From assembly GCA_964291625.2 (NCBI GenBank), contig OZ220089.1:1952001-2016000 (forward strand): DNA of 64,000 nucleotides, read 5' to 3'. The translations under genes were made by a program, and so were the position numbers. This stretch comes from Candidatus Latescibacterota bacterium. Lineage in GTDB: Bacteria; Latescibacterota; UBA2968; UBA8231. The notes beneath the pieces are model-generated. The model worked only from the letters and a program-made list of their open reading frames with translations, was not told the origin of the DNA and searched no databases. Shown here in pieces: positions 61,301 to 64,000 of this stretch (position 1 is its first letter; each line of letters opens with the position of its first letter).

Positions 61301-61346
61301 CGCAGCCCCGGAGCACGGTGTCACGGTGCGCCTGGCTCTCCGCTGA
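58335..61346 (+). CDS. Autotransporter-like adhesin with Calx-beta domain
   Basis: GGAGGTG RBS; extended signal region; beta-rich passenger; Calx-beta (TVDYATADGSA.AG.DY.A..GTLTFAPGET); WLARFGRT linker; C-terminal barrel. Confidence 0.85.
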   Translation: MESLLFGNPDAAVGSDPARAWLTNRTGPITGSDQQRGVGTDDGGGTSQPRATGHRRPRGLDFRRRARLWQRQDHVPAVFVAVAAALAIAAAAPAQEYDPPIRTLVKNADAPSERVVLLNANQDGLNQAFRTGPNTGGYELTSIVLHVHDTHESRYMTLDAGIYLWDESGFTPVAELTGGRLNDYAANEWRAPANTYLEPDTEYYFLLDCTAGCANDNMAQFLTTYSGEEDPGAEEGWDIHDHLGFRTAGDPSWKWDARLILRIEVKGRPSYHRAYRTEIASTPASGDTYLVGENIDIALTFNTPVYVPEGQSRSSIGIQVGNVARQAAYLSGTFTTRLIYRYEVRLDDVDANGISVDEGGPDTGFVGFVPTLVASLGLWPVDRYYPGVADDPGHKVDGSVNCTVLEDGSVHCVPGSTARLSVADARTTEGADATLEFAVTLDRASSQTVTVDYATADGSAQAGQDYTAATGTLTFAPGETEKTVSVGVLDDAHDEGEETLTLTLSNASGARIADDVGTGTIENADPLQRAWLARFGRTAAQRILDGVQARLEAPREAGVRATFAGHSLGGPGEEAAFRAGGAGMAARDRFAAVPGRFSPAAAEGRVRPRQPALRDLATGSGFTLSGPTGGGLGTLWGRGSYSAFRGSAEALALDGGVATGMVGADYAIGGWVLGLPLAVSLGDGHWQSPGREGRMASSLSGLYPYAGYRLSQRLSLWGTAGYGQGDLTLTMKDGESYRTGLDLRMAAAGLRGDLLSVGPEGGPSLAVESDALFLRTASDAASGPSGLLAAAAADVSRLRIGLEGSLELALDGGQSLRPAVELGLRHDGGDAETGLGLEIGGGSGFTDAARGLTARVAVRGLVAHQTSGFRDWGISGFLRFDPRPSSDLGPSVALTPSWGAPSTGGVEALFRRETLSGLAVTESASPGGRLDAETAYGFAVLDGRATGTPYLGVGRSEALHEVRVGCRLERPRRQGLALNLEGTRLASGDAAPEHGVTVRLALR

Positions 61347-62322
61347 GAGGTTCCGAGGCCCCCTGCAGGGTCCGGGCCATGTCCCCGGGCAGGGGGCTCT
61401 CGAACCTCAGTCCCTCCCCCGAGAGGGGATGCATGAACCCCAGCGAAGCGGCGTGCAGCGCCTGGCGGTCGAGGCCCTCGAGCAGGCGCCCGGCCAAAGG
61501 GCGGTGGCGCGGGTCGATGCCGCGCACGCGTGTGCGCCCTCCGTACACCGGATCGCCGAAGACCGGGTACCCAAGGTGCTGCATGTGCACGCGGATCTGG
61601 TGGGTGCGACCCGTCTCCAGGCGCAGCTCCAGCAGGCTGAACAAGCCCAGCTCCCGCAGCCGCCGGAAGCGGGTCACCGCCCGGCGGCCGCCCTCGGCCA
61701 CAGCCATGCGCTTGCGGTCGGCGGGGCTGCGGTCCAGGGGCGCGTCGACCACGCCCTCCTCGGGGGGCCTTCCCCACACGAGAGCCATGTAGCCGCGTTC
61801 GACGCTGCGCTCCTCCAGCTGTGCCGCCAGGCCGCGGTGGGCGGTGTCGCTCTTGGCCACCATCAGCAGCCCGGTGGTGTCCCGGTCGAGGCGGTGGACG
61901 ATGCCGGGCCGCAGCACGCCGTTGATGCCGGACAGGTCGCGGCAGTGGTGCAGCAAGGCGTTCACCAGCGTTCCCGCGGGGCTGCCCGGCGCCGGGTGGA
62001 CGGCCATGCCGGCGGGCTTGTCCACCACCAGCAGGTCGGCGTCCTCGTACATCACGCTGAGCGGCAGGTCCTCCGGGTGGGCCGCCAACTCCTCCGGTTC
62101 CGGCACCTCGACGGTGACCCGATCGCCGATGCGGAGGCGGTAGCCTGGACGTTTTGCGGCGTCGTTGACGAGGACCGCGCCCTCGGCCACCAGACCCTGC
62201 ACGCGGCTCCGGGACAACTCCTCGAGGACGCGGGGAACGAAGCGGTCGAGGCGTTCTCCCTCGTCCTCCTCCTGGATCCGGAAGCCGCGGACGCCGGCCG
62301 CCCGGGCGGGAGGCCCGGTCAC
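61321..62322 (-). CDS. rluD: RluA/RluD family pseudouridine synthase
   Basis: S4 domain (RLDRF...SRS), DKPAGMAVHP, HRLDRDTTG, TGRTHQIRVH, RQALHA. Confidence 0.93.
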   Translation of the reverse strand: MTGPPARAAGVRGFRIQEEDEGERLDRFVPRVLEELSRSRVQGLVAEGAVLVNDAAKRPGYRLRIGDRVTVEVPEPEELAAHPEDLPLSVMYEDADLLVVDKPAGMAVHPAPGSPAGTLVNALLHHCRDLSGINGVLRPGIVHRLDRDTTGLLMVAKSDTAHRGLAAQLEERSVERGYMALVWGRPPEEGVVDAPLDRSPADRKRMAVAEGGRRAVTRFRRLRELGLFSLLELRLETGRTHQIRVHMQHLGYPVFGDPVYGGRTRVRGIDPRHRPLAGRLLEGLDRQALHAASLGFMHPLSGEGLRFESPLPGDMARTLQGASEPLSGEPGAP

Positions 62323-62326
62323 CTCG

Positions 62327-62851
62327 CTACCCCCCCGGGGCGGGCTCGTCGGCGGTGACCGCGCCGGGCGCCGCCGGCTTCTGCTGCCGCGAGTAGGAGA
62401 CGACCAGGAGCAGGACGCCGACGGTGACGCACGAGTCGGCCACGTTGAAGACCGGCCACCGCCAGCCGTCGGCGGAGAGGCCCACATCGACGAAGTCGAC
62501 GACTTCGTGCAGGCGCACCCGGTCGACGATGTTCCCGAGGGCGCCGCCCAGGACCAGGGCCAGGGCGCCGCGCTGCAGCCGCGCCTCCGCCGGGAGGCCG
62601 CGGTACATCCAGGCCAGCAGCGCCAGGGCGCCTACGGCGACCGCCGTGTGTACCAGGGGCCCCCCGATGGTGAGGCCGAAGGCGGCGCCGCGGTTGTGGA
62701 TCAGGGTAAGGCGAAGGAAGTCCCCCAGGACGGGGACCGGGGACTGCGGGGGCAGGGCGTGGAGGGCGATCTGCTTCGTCGCCTGGTCGAGGAGCAGGGC
62801 GGCGGGCACGATCCACAGGACCGAGGCACCGCGCCCCCCGGCGGGGCTCAC
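62327..62851 (-). CDS. lspA: Lipoprotein signal peptidase II
   Basis: DQATK, NRGAAFG, GGALGNIVDR, VVDF, WPVFNVADS. Confidence 0.96.
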   Translation of the reverse strand: MSPAGGRGASVLWIVPAALLLDQATKQIALHALPPQSPVPVLGDFLRLTLIHNRGAAFGLTIGGPLVHTAVAVGALALLAWMYRGLPAEARLQRGALALVLGGALGNIVDRVRLHEVVDFVDVGLSADGWRWPVFNVADSCVTVGVLLLVVSYSRQQKPAAPGAVTADEPAPGG

Positions 62852-63225
62852 TCCTTCCTCTGGTCGGTCCCGCTCTTGCACTGGATGCACTGGGTCGCCG
62901 TCGGCACCGCCTCCAGGCGGGGGCGGCCGATCTCGCCTCCGCACACGCGGCAGACGCCGAAGGTCCCGTCCTCGATCCGCTGCAGGGCCTCCTGCACGTA
63001 GTCGAGGTAGCTGCCCTCGCGCTGGGCGAAGAGCAGGTTCTTCTCCCGCTCCATGGCGTCGGTGCCGCGGTCGGCCATGTGCAGCGAGTAGGCGGATCTC
63101 TCCTCGGACGACTCCTGGGCCACATCCGACCGGGAGACGCGCTCGAACTCCTCCAGATCGGAGCTGGCCTGCTCGTGCTTGGTCTGCAACAGCTTCTTGA
63201 AGTGTGCCAGGTCTTCCTGATTCAT
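62848..63225 (-). CDS. TraR/DksA C4 zinc-finger protein
   Basis: HMADRGTD coiled-coil tip; ALQRIEDGTFGVCRVCG..I...RLEAVP....CIQC. Confidence 0.9.
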   Translation of the reverse strand: MNQEDLAHFKKLLQTKHEQASSDLEEFERVSRSDVAQESSEERSAYSLHMADRGTDAMEREKNLLFAQREGSYLDYVQEALQRIEDGTFGVCRVCGGEIGRPRLEAVPTATQCIQCKSGTDQRKE

Positions 63226-63238
63226 CTCTCCCGCCTCC

Positions 63239-64000
63239 CTAGGCGCCCGGCCCGAGGCTGACGAGCGCAATCCTGCAGGGTTCGGTGTTGACTTCCCACT
63301 CCTTGGCCATCGACGCCTCTCCGCCGGCGGGCGTCTCCCCCACCGAGATCTCCCGGGCCAGGGTCTCGTCGGCCACGTAGCCGCGGAAAGCCCCGACCCA
63401 TGACTCCAGGGCCTCACTCCCCTGCACCCACAGCCGGATGCGGTCGGTCACGTCGAGGCCCGCCTCCTTGCGCATGTTCTGCACGCGGTTGACGACCTCC
63501 CGGGCGCCGCACTCGGCGATGAGATCCTCCGTAAGGTGGATGTCCAGGCCGACGGCGAGGTTCTCCTCCACCGCCACCACCACGTCCTGGCGCTCGCGCC
63601 GCTGCACCTCGACGTCGTCCATGCCGATAGAGCCGCCCGCCGCGCCGAGGGTCCCGCCCTCCTGCAGCAGCCGCACCTGGTCGGTGGTCAGGGCGCTGAT
63701 GAAGTCCGCCGCCTCGCGCGTGCGCTTGCCGAAGCGCGGGCCGAGGGCCCGGTAGTTCGGCTTGTAGGAGACCTCGCTGATCTGAGCCTCGTCCTCCACG
63801 AGGACGACCTCCTTGACGTTGAGCTCGTCGGCGATCAGGTCGGCCACGTCTTCCAGCAGGGCGCGGCCCTTCTCGTCCGGAGGCAGCAGCAGCAGGCGCT
63901 GCAGTGGTTGGCGGACCTTCAGGCCGTGGCGGCTGCGCAGCATGCGGCCGAGGGCGCAGGCGCGCATGGCCAGGCCCATCTGCGCCTCCAGCTCGGGGTC
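63239..64000 (-). CDS. ileS: Isoleucyl-tRNA synthetase, C-terminal part (type 2)
   Basis: GR.LRS..GLKVRQPL, ELNVKEV, KPNY.ALGPRFGK, AREVVNRVQNMRKEAGLDVTDRI; sits upstream of dksA-lspA. Confidence 0.93.
   Translation of the reverse strand, partial: DPELEAQMGLAMRACALGRMLRSRHGLKVRQPLQRLLLLPPDEKGRALLEDVADLIADELNVKEVVLVEDEAQISEVSYKPNYRALGPRFGKRTREAADFISALTTDQVRLLQEGGTLGAAGGSIGMDDVEVQRRERQDVVVAVEENLAVGLDIHLTEDLIAECGAREVVNRVQNMRKEAGLDVTDRIRLWVQGSEALESWVGAFRGYVADETLAREISVGETPAGGEASMAKEWEVNTEPCRIALVSLGPGA

Overview
Very GC-rich bacterial chromosomal window, diderm. Gene order (ileS-dksA-lspA-rluD; mfd-ppiC-surA), T9SS/FlgD-type tail remnants, C-terminal (S/T)WGxxK motifs and a Calx-beta autotransporter suggest an FCB-group lineage such as Latescibacterota, possibly host-associated; this is inference. 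Housekeeping genes: partial groEL with a CIRCE operator, moaC, argF, a DHH phosphoesterase, two parvulin PPIases, mfd, yfbR, tRNA-Leu(CAA), an nfeD-nfeD-floA operon, rpoZ, tal, tsaE, msrP, rluD, lspA, a dksA-like gene and partial ileS. Also present: two sigma-54 two-component systems, an RND efflux operon, an outer-membrane cluster (two barrels, a Gly/Tyr-rich lipoprotein, a TPR/peptidase-Omp85/lipoprotein trio) and several oxidoreductases. No CRISPR array, integrase or transposase was seen. Best leads: (1) an unannotated membrane protein + vWA-like lipoprotein cassette flanked by a short direct repeat, downstream of tRNA-Leu; (2) a highly divergent isocitrate-dehydrogenase-like protein coupled to moaC; (3) a tandem YjbQ fusion with complementary loss of motifs; (4) a shared C-terminal WGxxK tag on unrelated exported proteins; (5) a candidate 6S RNA; (6) a sigma-54-controlled autotransporter. 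All calls come from reading motifs by eye; no database searches were run.
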